From positions 10,850,001 through 10,914,000 of the forward strand of contig NC_135897.1 of assembly GCF_964194155.1 (NCBI RefSeq): a stretch of 64,000 bases of DNA, written 5' to 3'. The notes beneath the pieces were generated by a model, which worked only from the letters and a program-made list of their open reading frames with translations, searched no databases and had not been told where the DNA came from. Source of the DNA: Cetorhinus maximus. Its lineage: Eukaryota. The number at the start of each line of letters is the position of its first letter. Position 1 is the stretch's first letter. This document shows positions 23,870 through 37,315 of this stretch, piece after piece. The translations under genes were made by a program, and so were the position numbers.

Positions 23870-24146
23870 CAGAAGATCTGGCTGTATGATCACTGTTAGA
23901 GAGAGTATCGACTACTCCCACCAGTGTTTCCTGCCCATTATAATTTCTTAGCTCCAACCTTATTGATGCTATAGCCTGATTTTCAGGGCTAAGATCCTTT
24001 CTCTCAACTGCCTTTATCTCGTCCTTTATTTTCAGGGCTACCACACCTCCTTTTCCATTTTGTCTATCTTTTCTATAAGTCAAGGACCCTGGAACATTTA
24101 GTTCCCAATCCTGGTCTCCCTGCAACCAGATCTCAGTAATGGCGTC
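23870..24146 (-). mobile_element. CR1 endonuclease fragment
   Basis: ORF 23802-24152 AITEIWLQGDQDWELNVPG...RKDRQNGKGGVVAL. Confidence 0.85.
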
Positions 24147-24304
24147 TGTCACACTCAGCCAGAGAGCAAAGGATAGAACTGGAGCTTTAAGAACTTCTAT
24201 TTACAGAGACACACATTATAAACATGCACCTCCAAACCCAACTCCCACAGTTTCAGTCTGCTCCTATATATAGGAGCACAAGTCAATCCTCAGTTAATGC
24301 CCAC

Positions 24305-24426
24305 CCCCTGTCCAATATGGAGTAGGTCCTAAATGCTAAGTGACCCTGTCGAACATTGAGTAGGTCCTAAATGCTAAGTGACCCTGTCCAATATGGGGTG
24401 GGCCCTAGATGCTAAGTCCAATATGA
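24305..24426. repeat. 38-bp tandem repeat (about 3 units); related units at 16460-16575 and 19745-19875
   Basis: GACCCTGTCCAATATGGAGTAGGTCCTAAATGCTAAGT, period 38 (24342 and 24380). Confidence 0.8.
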
Positions 24427-25699
24427 ACTGAGTTGTTTTCCATGAGATGGATTGACTTCATCTCCCTAATTTTGTCAGTTTGAGATTATTTTCATTTGAT
24501 GTGAGGTTCTAGACCTGTAATTTATCCTATTCATCTCTGTTAATCAGATCTCTGAGGGCTTCCGGAGGTGTTCCATATTGCAGTCTACAGATTGGACCCA
24601 AGGGTTCCATTCACTTTATTCTTGACATCATATGGAAAACATCCCCAAAAAGTCAAAGGTGAATGAATGCTAAGTGCATTCTGAAAGGGACAACTGGTGC
24701 TATTCACGAGAAGGAACATTCCTTCCCTTTCGACCCACAGAGGCCAATCCAACTTCCTAACACAGTGAATAGAAGCCATTTTTTTGTTCTTAGGCCCTCG
24801 ATTAAGGACACATTTTGGGATAGATTTCAGACAAATGTCTTTGAAAGGAAAATGACTGACAGCAAAAGAAGCCTTTCATACACAGAATAGCTGCTCATTA
24901 TAGCCACTAAGGAATGGTTACAGAGATGGAGGTTACAGCAGGAGTGTGACAACAGAGGACAAGAGCAGGTCAGGGATTCAGAGGACAAAGGTCAGGGATG
25001 TGAATGGCCAGGGATAGCACATATAATCCATTTGGACAGGAATACCATGGATGATGAATATGGGAGAAGGGGATATCACAGATAATCAGTACCAGAGATA
25101 GGGACATTGCAGTGTCAATCCAGGTGACAAAGTCTTTAAACTAGACTGGCTCAATGACTGGGGGCTATCAGGGGAGGTCAGTGGATGGGAAATACCGGAC
25201 TAACTCGATGGGTGGAGTCCCGCATTTGGGATCGGAAGCCTCTTTTCCCCCAGCAAACACACTTCCATTTTACAGTGGGTTCCCTGCAGACTGAAGGCGC
25301 GGGAGTGTTGGCAGCTTTAGGCCTCGGCCCCTCCCCCTCTGACATGGATGTCCAAGTAAAGGGTGGGTGGAGTTCTGCCCAATACCACACCCTGTGGAAA
25401 CTCCCAGAAAATGGCGGAAAGATGGCGCAAACAGGCTGGCGACCATTTTCCTGGTTTTCCACCGATCTGCCACTGGGGTTATGGTGGGGTACCAGTGAAA
25501 CAGCGCAGGAAATTGTCCCCTCCTCTCACCTCCTCTGCAACCCTTTTTCACTTTCCTTTCACAATCTTCCCTTTCTCTTTTCCCCTCTTCCTTGCACCCC
25601 ATGTACGTGGATTTAATTCACCCCGCGAAATGGTTGTATGTGCGTTTCTGTCGGTTGAGGGAGCTGTGATCTTCAGGCCCCTGTCTGAGGACTCTGGAG

Positions 25700-26106
25700 T
25701 GTTGTGAGGCAGGCTGGGTGTATGGATTCTGAATACTTCATGCTGTTGATTTGAACAGAATGTGCTTTATTTGAGTTAGTCGACGCGGAGAGTTGATTTA
25801 TGGGGATACAGATGTTTTCCTACAGAGAACTGAGGAGAGAAAACAGCAGCTGTGAGTGAGACTGAGCTAGTCCCGTGCACTCGATAACATAGTCACAGAA
25901 AGAATATCTCTATTAATTGATGCAGACACACACACAGAGAGCATTTTCTGCATTTCAACAGCACTCATTCAGTCCTTTTACACACTGACTTTGATTTTAA
26001 CCGTGAAAAATTGCCAATTTAAATAAAACTTCTATCCTATCAAAACACCAGTTGGTGTTGGATAACCAACTCCCTTAAGGGACAGTTGGGATGTATACAT
26101 ACAACA
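25700..26106. mobile_element. Candidate solo LTR
   Basis: Perfect terminal inverted TGTTGT...ACAACA; TTTATT near the left end; no clean TSD. Confidence 0.4.
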
Positions 26107-26499
26107 CAGGATCTAACTCAGAGCTATATAGTGAAATTAGAGAAAGGTATATAACAAGTCAGTAAAGGAACAACCAGAGTTATGAAGCAAGGTCAATTTT
26201 ACATCAGTTTAAGGAAGAACTTGTGTTTATACAGCACGTTTCATGGCTTCAGAATATACCTCAAATCTAATGAAATAAGTTTAGAAGTGTAGTTACTGTT
26301 GTAACATAGTTCAAATAAAGAGAAAGACAAGGATAAAGACTTCCATTGAAAAGCCCACTCATTTAAATCACCCACCGTCTAAATTAACACACCACCCCTC
26401 CCACCCCAACACACAGGCACACACCAATCACTGTTTAATCTCTCCCACGCTCACTGATCAGACATTCCCCAGTTTAATCCTCGCTCATTCCCCTGAATT

Positions 26500-27465
26500 A
26501 ATGTCTCCCACAGAGTCAGCCCCGATTTGTTAAAGGAAGGCTGTGTCTGACTAACTAGATTGAATTTTTTGAGGAGGGTTCCTGAGGGTTGTTTGATATA
26601 AGTCCAGATGGATTTTCGCAAGGATTTTGACAAGGCCTCACATGGCAAACTGCTCAGAAAAGTCAAAGTGAAGTAAAAGCCTGTGTGATCCAAGAGAAAG
26701 TGACTAGTTGGATCCAAAAGTGGCTCCATGATGGGAAGCAAAGGGTTACAAGGGCGTTTTTCTGACTGGAAGACTGTTTCCAGTGGGGTTCTGCATGGCT
26801 CGGTGCTGAGTGCTTTGTGTTTTGTGATACATAAATCAATGATTCAGACTTAATTATAGGGGCATGATTAAGAAGCCTGCAAATGATGTCTAAATTGATT
26901 GTGTGGGTAATAGTGAGGAAGAAAGCTGGAGACTACAAGAAGATATCAATGGACTGGTCAGGTGGGCAGAAAGATGGCAAATGGAATTTAATCCAGAGAA
27001 GTGTGAGGTAATGCATTTGGGGAGGACAAACAAGGCAAGGGAATAAACAATAAATGATTGGATTCTGAGAAGTGTAGAGGAACAGCGGGACCTTGGAGTG
27101 CATGTCCACAGATCCCTGAAGATGTCTGGACTGGTAGGTAAAGTGATTAAGAAAGCACATGGGATACTTTCCTTTATTAGTTGAAGCACAGAATATAAGG
27201 GTGGGGAGGTTATTGTAGAACTGTGTAAAACTGTGCATTCACCGATTCACAAAGGGAGTCTGGAACTCACTGCCTAAAAGGGTGGTAGACAGAAACCCTC
27301 ATCACATTTTACAAATCACCTGGATATGCACAGGAAATGCTGTAAGCTACAGGGCTACAGACCAAGAACTGGAAAGTGGGGTGAGGCTCGATAGGCTCTA
27401 TTTCAGCTGGCACAGACATGATGGGCTGAATGGCCTCCTCCTGTGCCATCAGTTTTCCGTTTCTT
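26500..27465 (+). mobile_element. CR1 LINE 3' fragment (RT to 3' end)
   Basis: Decayed DF.KDFDKASHGKL, WAERWQMEFNPEKCEVMHLG; CR1-type 3' end. Confidence 0.85.
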
Positions 27466-27469
27466 GAGA

Positions 27470-27878
27470 GAGACCTGCATTTATTTAGTGCCTTTCATGA
27501 CTTTAGAACATCCCAAAGTGCTTTATAACCAATGAAGTTTGGACAGTTTTGTAACGCAGAAAATGCAGCAGCTGATTTATACCAAGAGGGCTCCCTCAAA
27601 CAGCAAGGTGGTAAATGACCAGGTCATCTCTATTTTTCTTAGTGATGCTGGTTGAGAGATAAACAACGGTGAACTGCTGCGCTGTTCTCTGAAATAGTGC
27701 TGTGGGATCATTAATGTCCATCTGAGAGGGCAGGTCTGAAAGGCAGCAGCTTTAACACCGCGGCAATCCCTCAGCTCTACCCTGCAGTGTCAGCCTAGAT
27801 TTTGCGTTTGCCCTGGAATGGGGTTCAAACCCACAAGTTTCTGACTCAGAGGTGAGGCCACTACCCACTTAGCCACAA
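27470..27878 (-). mobile_element. tRNA-derived SINE family B (DeuSINE/SacSINE1-like, L2-type tail)
   Basis: Reverse complement of 29983-30400. Confidence 0.75.
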
Positions 27879-28774
27879 GACTCTGCCGACGCGCACCAGC
27901 TCCCTCAGCAGCGGCTCCTCTTGCTGGCGTAAGGAGCGACCTGATCAGCATCAGTGACGTGTTTGCAAAGCGATTAAACATACGGGAATGCGTGTGATTT
28001 TCCAAACTGTTTGCAGCCTTAAACCCGGGCTGCACCTGCCATGACCATGGGACATCAAAAGCTTTCAACATCAGTGAAGCAGGAAGATGTGACACATTCC
28101 AGATTGATAGTAAAGTACAGGGGAAATTGACCTTGAGAGAGGAAAAAAAACCTCATATTGACTTTCTGCTGGCGGAGTCTGGGGAGGTCAGGCTGTGTTA
28201 ATGGGGCCGAGCATGTGGAGTGTGAAACTAATTGTTCACTTTACATCTCACCAGTGCTCAGGAAATGGATCCTCAGGTTATACAAAAAGAAGTGTTTGAC
28301 GGGTTGACCCTCAGAGGATATGAGATGTCGAAAGGGCATGAAGACAGAATGCAGTATGTAGTCTTCATGCTTCTGTTTGCGTCTTTTAAATATGGGACAG
28401 GGGGAGAACATTATACTGTGTAATGTGGACCAGCAGATTGTATGAGGGAAGGACAAGTCACAGCCCATACAAAGGTTCAACTCCAGTCACAAGGGGTTCA
28501 TGAAGACAAGCCTGGAATAAAGAGCTTAGATATATAATGGCTGTATAAAAGCCATGAACAGGGAAGCCGCCTGTCATGAGGTCGAACTCATCTCATATGT
28601 TCAGCTTGATCTTATGTTATACATCAGCTGGTTTCCTTGCCTCATTTCCCAATATTATGGACCTTACTGAAACCTGAAACCCACTTCCTGATGGAAAATG
28701 TCACTGACATGAAGTATTGGGACACTCAGTTGAGTTTAAATCACAGTGAAACTCATTGAGTTGTGACGACCCTC

Positions 28775-29140
28775 TTGGAGTCATGGAGCCATATCATCAT
28801 TACAGCAGAGAAGGAGGCCCCATCATGCCCATGACAGCTTCCTGTAGGGCAATCCACTCAGTCCCACTCCCCAGCTCTATCCCGCTAGCCCTGCAGGTTT
28901 ATTTCCCTCAAGTATCCAGCCAATTTCCTTTTCAAATCATTCGTCTTCTCTGCTTCCAGCACCCTCGAGGGCAGCGAGTTCCAGGTCATTAGCACTCACT
29001 GTGTGAAAATATTTTCCCTCACGTTCCTCCCGCAATCTCTAACTGGAAACCTTAAATCTGTGTCCGCCCCAGTCCTTGTGCCACCAGCTGTGGGAACAGC
29101 TTTTCCTTGTCTAAACCTGTCATAATCTTGTGCACCTCGA
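28775..29140 (-). mobile_element. CR1 3' fragment
   Basis: ACAGCAGAGAAGGAGGCCCAT... start shared with minus-strand CR1 ends at 42135, 56763 and 63705. Confidence 0.7.
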
Positions 29141-29982
29141 TATTCCGGCAAAATAATTTATAAGACAGCCATTGACTTACCAAGAGTCTTGAAGGCTGCC
29201 CCTTTCCTGTGGCTGAGTGGTCACTCTAACAGCATCAGAGCTGGACAATCACTTGGATTGGAGCTCAACCTGGGTGATTCCTACTCTCCGGCTCTTGCTA
29301 AGTCATGACTCTATTCAAACGTCAGCGGGATGGGTTTCCTACTGGGTCCTAGTGCTAGTTATGGACTTTACAGATTCCCACAGCTGAATAGCCAACCCAC
29401 TGAGTTCCAGGAGGCCTGGAGCTGGAGTTCCACTCAATACTTACCTCAAAACAGATGGTCAGCCCACTGGGGTGGACAGTTACCTCACTGACACCTAGGG
29501 GCATTTGAGCTGTACTGGGGGACTGGGTGATTAACCCCACTGGTACTTGCAGGTGGTGAAGCTGGGCACTCATCCCCTGCAGGGGACAGGGCAGGGGGAG
29601 GGAGCTCCTCCAAGGCAGCTAATGTGGTCAGCTCATTGTGCCGAATTTGGCTGCTTGATGTGTCGGAAGATCAACAAACCTGCAGCTGTGAGCCCAGCCA
29701 GCTGGGGCAATCTCAAAAGACAGACAAACCTTTTACACAGAAACTGAGAAAGCCCAGCATGACCAAGACAGAGAGTTCTCTGAGAACACTCAGCCTCTCG
29801 AGGATGTTTTAGTGGAATGAAAGTAGGCAGTAGGTAAAAGAAACTGCAAATGCTGGAACTCGGAAATGAAAGCACAAAGTGCACAGCTGTGGGATAGGTC
29901 AACATTTCTTAACATCTGTAACAGCCTCATCAGACCCAGAAAAGGAGCCCTTTTCTCTGTGTGAGTCTCGCAGTTCTCTACC

Positions 29983-30400
29983 TCAGCTGTGGCTGAGGCC
30001 GTGGCACTTTCAGCACCGTCAGAATGTTTGAGTTTCAATTCAGAGACTTGTGCACAAAATCTTGACCCACACTCCAGTGCAGTGCCAAGGGAACCCTGCA
30101 CTGTCGGAGCTGCCGTCTTTTGGATGAGACATCTCAGGTGGGTGTAAATGGTCCCATGGCACTATTTTGAAGAAGGGCAGAGGAGTTACCGCTGGTAACC
30201 TGGCCAATATTTATCCCTCCACCACCATCACTAAAACAGATCATTATCACATTGCTATTTATGGGAGTTTGCTGTGTGCAAATTGATTGCAATTTCCTAC
30301 ATTACAACGGTGGCTACACTTCAACAGTACTTCATTGGCTGTAAAGCACTCTGGGATGTTCTGTTATTGTGAAAGGTGCTATATATATGCAAGTTCTTCT
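29983..30400 (+). mobile_element. tRNA-derived SINE family B (DeuSINE/SacSINE1-like)
   Basis: tRNA-like head, central CTGCACTGTCGGAGCTGCCGTCTTTTGGATGAGAC...CCCATGGCACTATTTTGAAGAAG (Deu-domain-like), tail GTAAAGCACTCTGGGATG...GAAAGGTGCTATATATATGCAAG. Confidence 0.8.
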
Positions 30401-32387
30401 CTATTTAACACTGAGAATAATCATCATTTGGCATAAGCACATCTTTAGGACCTTGAGTAATGCCAGACTCACATTAAATGCTAATGAAAGGATTGTTTGA
30501 GTTGAACTCTTGTTTCCATGGTGAAGAGATTTTTTCCCATTGACGTGCTATTAATGTACAATTTGTGGATATGTACCTTGGGACAAGAACAGTGGTTGTC
30601 AAAGTGTGGCCCATGAGGGCCCTCCAGGTGGTCTGTGGGCTGCTCCAAAATACAAGTCACTGATGTACAATGTCACGTTCAAGGCCCTTACGAGACAACA
30701 GGTCAGAACCCTCATCCACACCATTTACGTGACACTACACAGCAGATTGGGTCCTGTTTGTGTGGCATGAGTTGTCATAATGGAATGCCCATCCTGTAAC
30801 ATGTGGAAAATCGTGGACGCTTCTTACAGCCTGGGCGACCACATGTGCAGGAAGTGTCGCTGGCTGCAGGAACGGGTTTGGGAGCTCGAGCAGCGGCTGG
30901 AGTCACTGTGGCACATCCGCCAGGCTGAGAGCCACATGGATAGCATGTTTAGGGAGGTGGTCACACTGCAAATTAAGAGAGTGCAGGCAGAAGAGGGGAT
31001 GGGTGACTGCCAGACAGTCTATAAGGACCAGGCAGGCAGTAGCGCAGGAGTCCCCCTGAGTTGATCTCACTCACTGACTGGTTTTTTTGTTCTGGATACT
31101 GGTGAGGGCAATGGTTCCTCGGAGGAGTGCAGCAAGTCCGTGGCATCACGGGTGGCTCAGCTGCACAGGAGGGAGGAAGAATAATGGAAGAGCAATAGAG
31201 TTGTGGATTCAAAAGTTAGGGGATCAAACAGGTATTACTACGGCCATAGACGTGACTCCTGGATGGTGACATCCAGGGACAAGAATGTCACAGAGCTGCT
31301 CCGAGACATTCTTATAGGGGAGAGTGAACAGCCTGAGGCCATTGTCCACATCAGTACCAACGACGTAGGTAGAGATTGGGATGAGGTCCTGAAAGCAGAT
31401 TTTAGAGAGCTTGGAAAAAGATTAAAAAGCAGGACTTCAAAGGCAGTAATCTCAGAATTACTATGTGCCTTGTGCTAGTGAGTACAGAAATAAGAAGGTA
31501 GAGGAAATGAACGTATGGCTGGAGAGATGGTGCAGGAGGGTGGGCTTTAGATTTCTGAGGCACTGGGACTGGTTCTGGGGCAGCTGGGACCTGTGCAAGG
31601 TGAATGGGTTACGCCTTAGCAGGGCCGGGGCCAATATCCTCACTGGGAGATTTACTAGCGCTGTTGGGGAGGTTTTAAACTAGCTTGGCAGGGGGATGGG
31701 AACCCCCAGATAGGAGGGAAACAAAGCTGGTAATGGAAGGAAGAAAAGTAGTAAGTGAAATTAGAGGGCAGCGGGAATGAAGACCAGCATCAAATTGGGT
31801 GAAAATACAGAAAACTATTAAGAAGATAAAATCAAAGACACACTATCTGCACGCAGCATTCACAACAAGGGAGACGAATTGACGGCAGAAATAGAAGTAA
31901 ATGGGTATAATCTAATTGCCATTACGGTGACATGGCTGCAAGGTGACCAAGGCTGGGAACTGAATGTTCAAGGGTATTCAGCATTTAGGAAGGATAGGCA
32001 AAAAAGAAAAAGAGGTGGGGTAGTGCCATTAATAAAAGATGAGATCAGTACATTAGTGAGAGAGGATCTTAGATCTTAAGAGAAAGATGTACAATCAGTT
32101 TGGGTGGAGCTAAGACAGAGCAAGCGGCAGCAAACATCGGTAGGAGTTGTTTATAAGGCACCAGACAGCAGTGATAATGTAGGGCACAGTATAAATCAGG
32201 AAATTAGGGGTGCATGTAACAAGGCTAATGCAGTAATCATGAGGGACTTCAATCTACAGATAGACTGGGTAAACCAAATTAGTACTAATGCTGTGGAGGA
32301 CAAATTCCTCGAATGTATACAAGATGGTTTTCTAGAACAGTTTGTTAAAGGGAACGGGCTATTTTAGATCTAGTATTGTGCAATGAT

Positions 32388-32692
32388 TGTTGTAATATAG
32401 GTTCTTTAGATGTCTCAATAAAGAAACCTTGAGGCTTGTATATTTCAACATAAACCGTTATTTGTTAATCTTTAACTATTTACATATCCCAGGTTACTGT
32501 CATGCATGGTGCTGTTACCTACATGCAGGCTGGTTCCAGAGTGTTCTCTCTAGACTGTTCTCTCAGTCTATTACCATGTGACTCTATGCATCATACTGTA
32601 GGTGGTGCTATTCCCCAGTCCCACATTAACCCTTGCTCTGCGAACACCTTTACATTATAATGGCATACAGGCACATAAAACATCACATGACA
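32388..32692. mobile_element. Solo LTR (305 bp) inserted in CR1 ORF2
   Basis: TG...CA termini (TGTTGT...ATGACA) with perfect 5-bp TSD ATGAT (32383-32387 and 32693-32697). Confidence 0.8.
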
Positions 32693-32942
32693 ATGATAAA
32701 GGGATAATTAAATTAATAGCTCATTGTAAAGGAGCATTTAGGGAAGAGTGACCATAAAATGATGGAATTTTACTTTAAGTTTGAAAGTGATGTAGTTCAA
32801 TCTGAAAGTAGGCTTGTAAATCTAAACAAAGGAAACTATAAAGATATGAGGGGAAAGTTGGCTGAGGTAGGTAGATTGGGAAACTACATTAAAAGGTATG
32901 ATGATAGACAGGCAATGGTGAGTATTTAAAGAATTACTACAT

Positions 32943-33110
32943 GGGCCAGGATATTCACTTTGTTGGGTGGGTGTAGCTGGCAGGCCCGGGAGCAGTCATG
33001 AAGTCGACCACTGCCTGCGAACGGGCCCCGACATCGATTTCACGCTGGCTGGCCAATTAACGGCCAGCCAACACAAATGCCAGGGTAGGGGCGGGAGGAC
33101 GGCGAGCGTG
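32943..33110. mobile_element. Harbinger-derived MITE fragment in CR1
   Basis: CGATTTCACGCTGGCTGGCCAATTAA matches the reverse complement of the Harbinger subterminal region 39659-39684. Confidence 0.7.
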
Positions 33111-35989
33111 TTCTAACAAGAGAAATTAAGGATTGGATTAGAACAAAGGAAAGGGCTCATTAAACGGCCAAAAAAAGTAGTAAGCCTGAGGATTGGGAGC
33201 ATTTTAGAATTCATCGAAGGAGGATCAAGAAACTGATAAAGAAAGAGAAATTAGAATATCAGAGGAAACTAGCGAAAAACATAAAAACAGACTGTAAACT
33301 CTTGTACAGGTATGTAAGAAGGAAAGGATTAGCAAAGGCAAATGTAGGCCCATTAAAGGCAGACAGGAGATTTATAATGGGGAGTATGGAAATGGCAGAG
33401 AAACCAAATGTCTGTCTTGATGTAGGAAGATACAAAAAACTTCCCAGAAATACTAGAGAACCAAGGGACCAGGGAGATTGAGGACCTGGAAGAAATCAGT
33501 ATTAGTAAAAAAGTAGTACTGGAGAAATTAATGGGACTGAAAGTTGACAAATCCCTCGGACCTGATGATCTACATCCCAGAGTGTTGAAGGAGGTGGTTG
33601 TAGAGATAATGGATGCATTGGTGGTTATCTTCCAAAATTCTATATATTCTGGAATAGTTCCTGTAGATTGGAAGGTAGCAAATGTAACCCCATGGTGTAA
33701 GAAAGGAAAGAGAGAGAAAACTGGGAATTACAGACCTGACATCAGTAGTAGGGGAAATGCTAGAATCTATGATAAAGGATGTGATAACTGAACACTTAGA
33801 AAATAATGGTAGCATTGGGCAGAGCCAACATGGATTTATGAAAGGGAAATCATGTTTGGCCAACCTGTTGGAGCTTTTCTCAGGATGTAGCTAGCAGGAT
33901 AGATAAGGGGGAACCAGTGGATGTGGTGTATTTGGATTTTTAGAAGGCTCCCGATAAGGTCACACACAAGAGGTTAGTTAATCAAATTAGAGCACTTGGG
34001 GCTAATATACTGGCATAAATTGAGAATTGGTTAACAGACAAAAAACAGAGAGTAGGAATAAGTGGGTCATTTTCAGGTTGGCAGGCTGTGACTAGTGGGA
34101 TACCACAAGGATCAGTGCTTGGGCCCCAGTTATTCACAATCTACATCAATGATTTGGATGTGGGGATTAAATGTAATATTTATAAGTTTGCTGATGACAA
34201 AAAAACTAGGTGGAAGTGAGAGTTGTGAGGAGGATGTAAAGAGGCTTCAGGGGAACATGGTCAGACTAAGTGAATAGGCAAGGACATGGCAGATGGAATA
34301 TAATGTGGAAAAATGTGAAGTTATTCACTTTGGTAAGAAAAATTGAAATGCAGAGTATTTTTTGAATGGTTGAGATTGGAAAATGTTGATATCCAAGGGA
34401 GCCTGGGTGTCCTTGTTCATGAGTCACTGAAAGCTAGCATATAGGTGCAGCAAGCAATTAGGAAGGCAAATGGTATATTGGTCTTTATTGCTAGAGGATT
34501 TGAGTATAAGAATAAAGGTGTCTTGCTGCAATTATATAGATCCTTGGTGAGACGGCATATGGAGAATTGTGTACAGATTTGGTCTCCTTACCTAAGGAAG
34601 GATATACTGGCCATAGAAGGAGTGCAATGAAGGTTCACCAGACTGATCCCTGGGATGGTGGGATTGATATGAGGAGACAGTGAGGAGACTGGGCATATTT
34701 TCTCTACAGCTTAGAAGAATGAGAGGTGATCCCATTGAAACATACAAAATTCTTACAGGCATCGAAAAGGTAGATGCAGGAAGGATGTTTCCCCTGGCTG
34801 GAGGGTGGGGGATGGGGGGTGGTCTATAACCAGGGGACACAGTCTCATTTAGGACTGAGATGAGGAAGAATTTCTTCACTCAGAGGGCTGTGGAGGCTCA
34901 GTCATTGAGTATGTTCAAGACAGAGATCGATAGATTTTTAGGTATTAAAGACATCAAGGGATATGGGGATAGCACAGGAAAATGGCTTTGAGGTAGAAGA
35001 TCAGCCTTGATCTGAATGGTGGAGCAGGCTCGAGGGGACGACTGCCTATTGCTTCTGTTTCCTAAGTTCCTATAGGCATGAGCAACAATAATGTAGTTTG
35101 ATAAGCAAAATCGATGTTACTGTTGCTACATACAGCTGCAAGGTTGGCTTTTCAATGCTTGTGGAGCTGAAATCAAAGAGGAACTGGCTGAACGTGAAGC
35201 CCGAAATGACACTGACGCTCTCCAACTGGAACCTGACATCACTTCACTGGTGTCTCAGCAAAAGCAGTTCCATCCTTCCCTTTTATTCTGATGAGTTTTT
35301 TTGGCAGAAGCAAGCAGAAGTGGGACCGGTCGGTGGTCCATGGGGTCTTCTGCCCCATAAGTTGTCTGTGGAAAGCAAGTTTGAGAACAGCTGGATTAAT
35401 ACAGTCAGGCATGTTGTGTGTCAGGAACAGGTACCTTTGTAAAACTAGATAGTTCGTATTGCAGTGTGAACTGGTCACAGTGGGCTGAATTTTACACTGG
35501 TCAGGCGGGTGTGCATCCAGCCCGATTGGGTGTGAAATCGCGCGGGGTGACGCCCCGACATCATCCCGTACTCACGCTGTATTTCGGTTGGCAGGTGCAC
35601 ACACGGGTGTCAGATCCGCGCCCACCAACAATTAAAAGGCCACTTAAGAACATTAAAAAGGCAATTGACCAAGGTTTCATGTTGTCCGTGTGATTTCGTG
35701 CCCATTGCACAGGCAAAATGGGCAGGCGGACAGCCAACATTTTGCAAACCCTCATCCACGGGCAGGATAAAAAGGGTCAGCAGCATCACCAGTGTGAGTA
35801 ATGAGGAGATTTGGCGATAGTTTGCTGCTGGTTGCTTATTGGTACTTGGCAGCTTCATCTCTGTTCGGTGTTTCATTCTTAGCATTTCCAGGCTGCATGT
35901 GAGGACTCATCGCTGTCTGCCAGGCCCCCGGAGGATTCAGACCGTGTGGACCCTTCCAGGTATCAGACAGCCTTCCGTTACCCTGGGAA

Positions 35990-37315
35990 TGGGGATTGTG
36001 GTCTCCGCTGGGGGCACCTCCTCTGAGGAGGAAGAGAGGGGCAGAAGGGAGAGGAGGCCACGTGTCCCAATGCAGCTTCCAGGGGAGTGCCCTGTGGGAG
36101 GAGAGGCGCAGGCACAAGGGGCGCAGGGCCAGCAGGAAGTCCAAGGTAGGAGGGTCTGCAGAAGACACCACTATCCTGCTGCCAGGGTTTACAGGCAGCG
36201 GCTCCACCTCTCGAGGGAGTCTGTGACCTCCATTTGTCATATGGTCGGCCCTGGGATCAGCTCTGACTATGTGGGTGGACACCCCATGCCAATGGCTCTG
36301 AAGGTCACAGTGGCCCTCAACTTCTATGCCTCTGGCTCTTTCCAGGGGTCAGTGGAAATCTATGGAATGTCCCAATCAGCTATCCACACTTGCGTCAAGC
36401 TGGTGACAGAAGCCCTGTTCAGGCGGGTCATGACATTTATTCATTTCCGTATCGGTGAGGCCAGCCAGGCTGAGCGAGCCCAAGAGTTTCCAGCGATTGC
36501 TGGGCTCCCCCACATCCAGGGTGCCATCGACTGCACACATGTGGCCATCAAGGTGCCAGCAGGTCAGCCGGGTACCTTTGTCAACAGGAAGGGATTCCAC
36601 TCCAAGACGCATAAGAGTCTGTGCAAGTACCTAGGCAGCTCCCCTGACATGTACCAGGTGCTGAGGCTATTCAGTGCTCCAGCTCGGCTGGATGGATGGC
36701 TGCTGGGTGGCAAGGGCTATCCATTAAAAAGGTGGCTTATAACAGGCCACAGATGATGAGTCCAGTGGTGAATCAGAAGAGGAGCATGGTGAGGAGAATG
36801 CTGAGGGCGTAGAGGCAGACCTCGGTAACCTGCAGGGAGACACGGACACCAGGGGCACCTTGATCCAATGCTCCTTCAGCTAGGCTACCAAAGATCTACT
36901 CCCACCTCATCCCAGGGCTGCCGCCTCCATCCCGGTGACCACCAAAGACCAGAGACAGAGCAGCGTTATAATAGGGGTCATGTCTCCACAAAGGCGGGAA
37001 TTGAGAGAACCATAGGCCTTCTGAAGATGTGCTTCCGATGCCTGGACCATCCAGGGAGGGCGCTACAATACCCCCCAGAGCGGGTGTCACTGATAGTGGT
37101 TGCATGTTGCACTCTCCACAATCTGGCACTGGCAAGGGGGGACCCACTGGAGGAAGAGGATCTTGACGCAACTCTACAGGCCACAGAGGATGAGTCCAGT
37201 GTTGAGGCAGAAGAGAAGCATGGTGAGGAGAACGCTGAGGGCTTGGAGGCAGACCTCTGGATCCTTTAGGGAGGCAGGAACACCAGGGATGCCTTGATCC
37301 AACGCTCCTCAGCTA
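35990..37315 (+). pseudogene. Harbinger (HARBI1-like DDE) transposase, disrupted
   Basis: LKVTVALNFYASGSFQ, GAIDCTHVAI, NRKGFHS, WLLGGKGYPL (second catalytic D lost), IERTIGLLKMCFRCLD, ACCTLHN; deletions and an internal duplication; AATAAA at about 37420. Confidence 0.88.

Larger units (their letters stand above)
30770..35073 (+). mobile_element. Near full-length decayed CR1 LINE (ORF1 zinc-finger + esterase; ORF2 EN-RT)
   Basis: ORF1 CPSCNMW...CRKC and SGNH-like DSKVRG, IVHISTNDV, VNGLRLSRAG; ORF2 IAITVTWLQ, RKDRQKRKRGGV, GPDDLHPRVLKE, GIPQGSVLGP, KFADD; many stops. Confidence 0.93.

Noticed and set aside
28530-28700. TATAAAAG as an internal LIMS2 promoter
   Set aside because: An isolated motif with no supportable downstream exon.
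35839-37269. Possible domesticated HARBI1 gene
   Set aside because: Flanked by TIRs and a TSD, with a lost catalytic Asp, deletions and an internal duplication. It is a decayed transposon.
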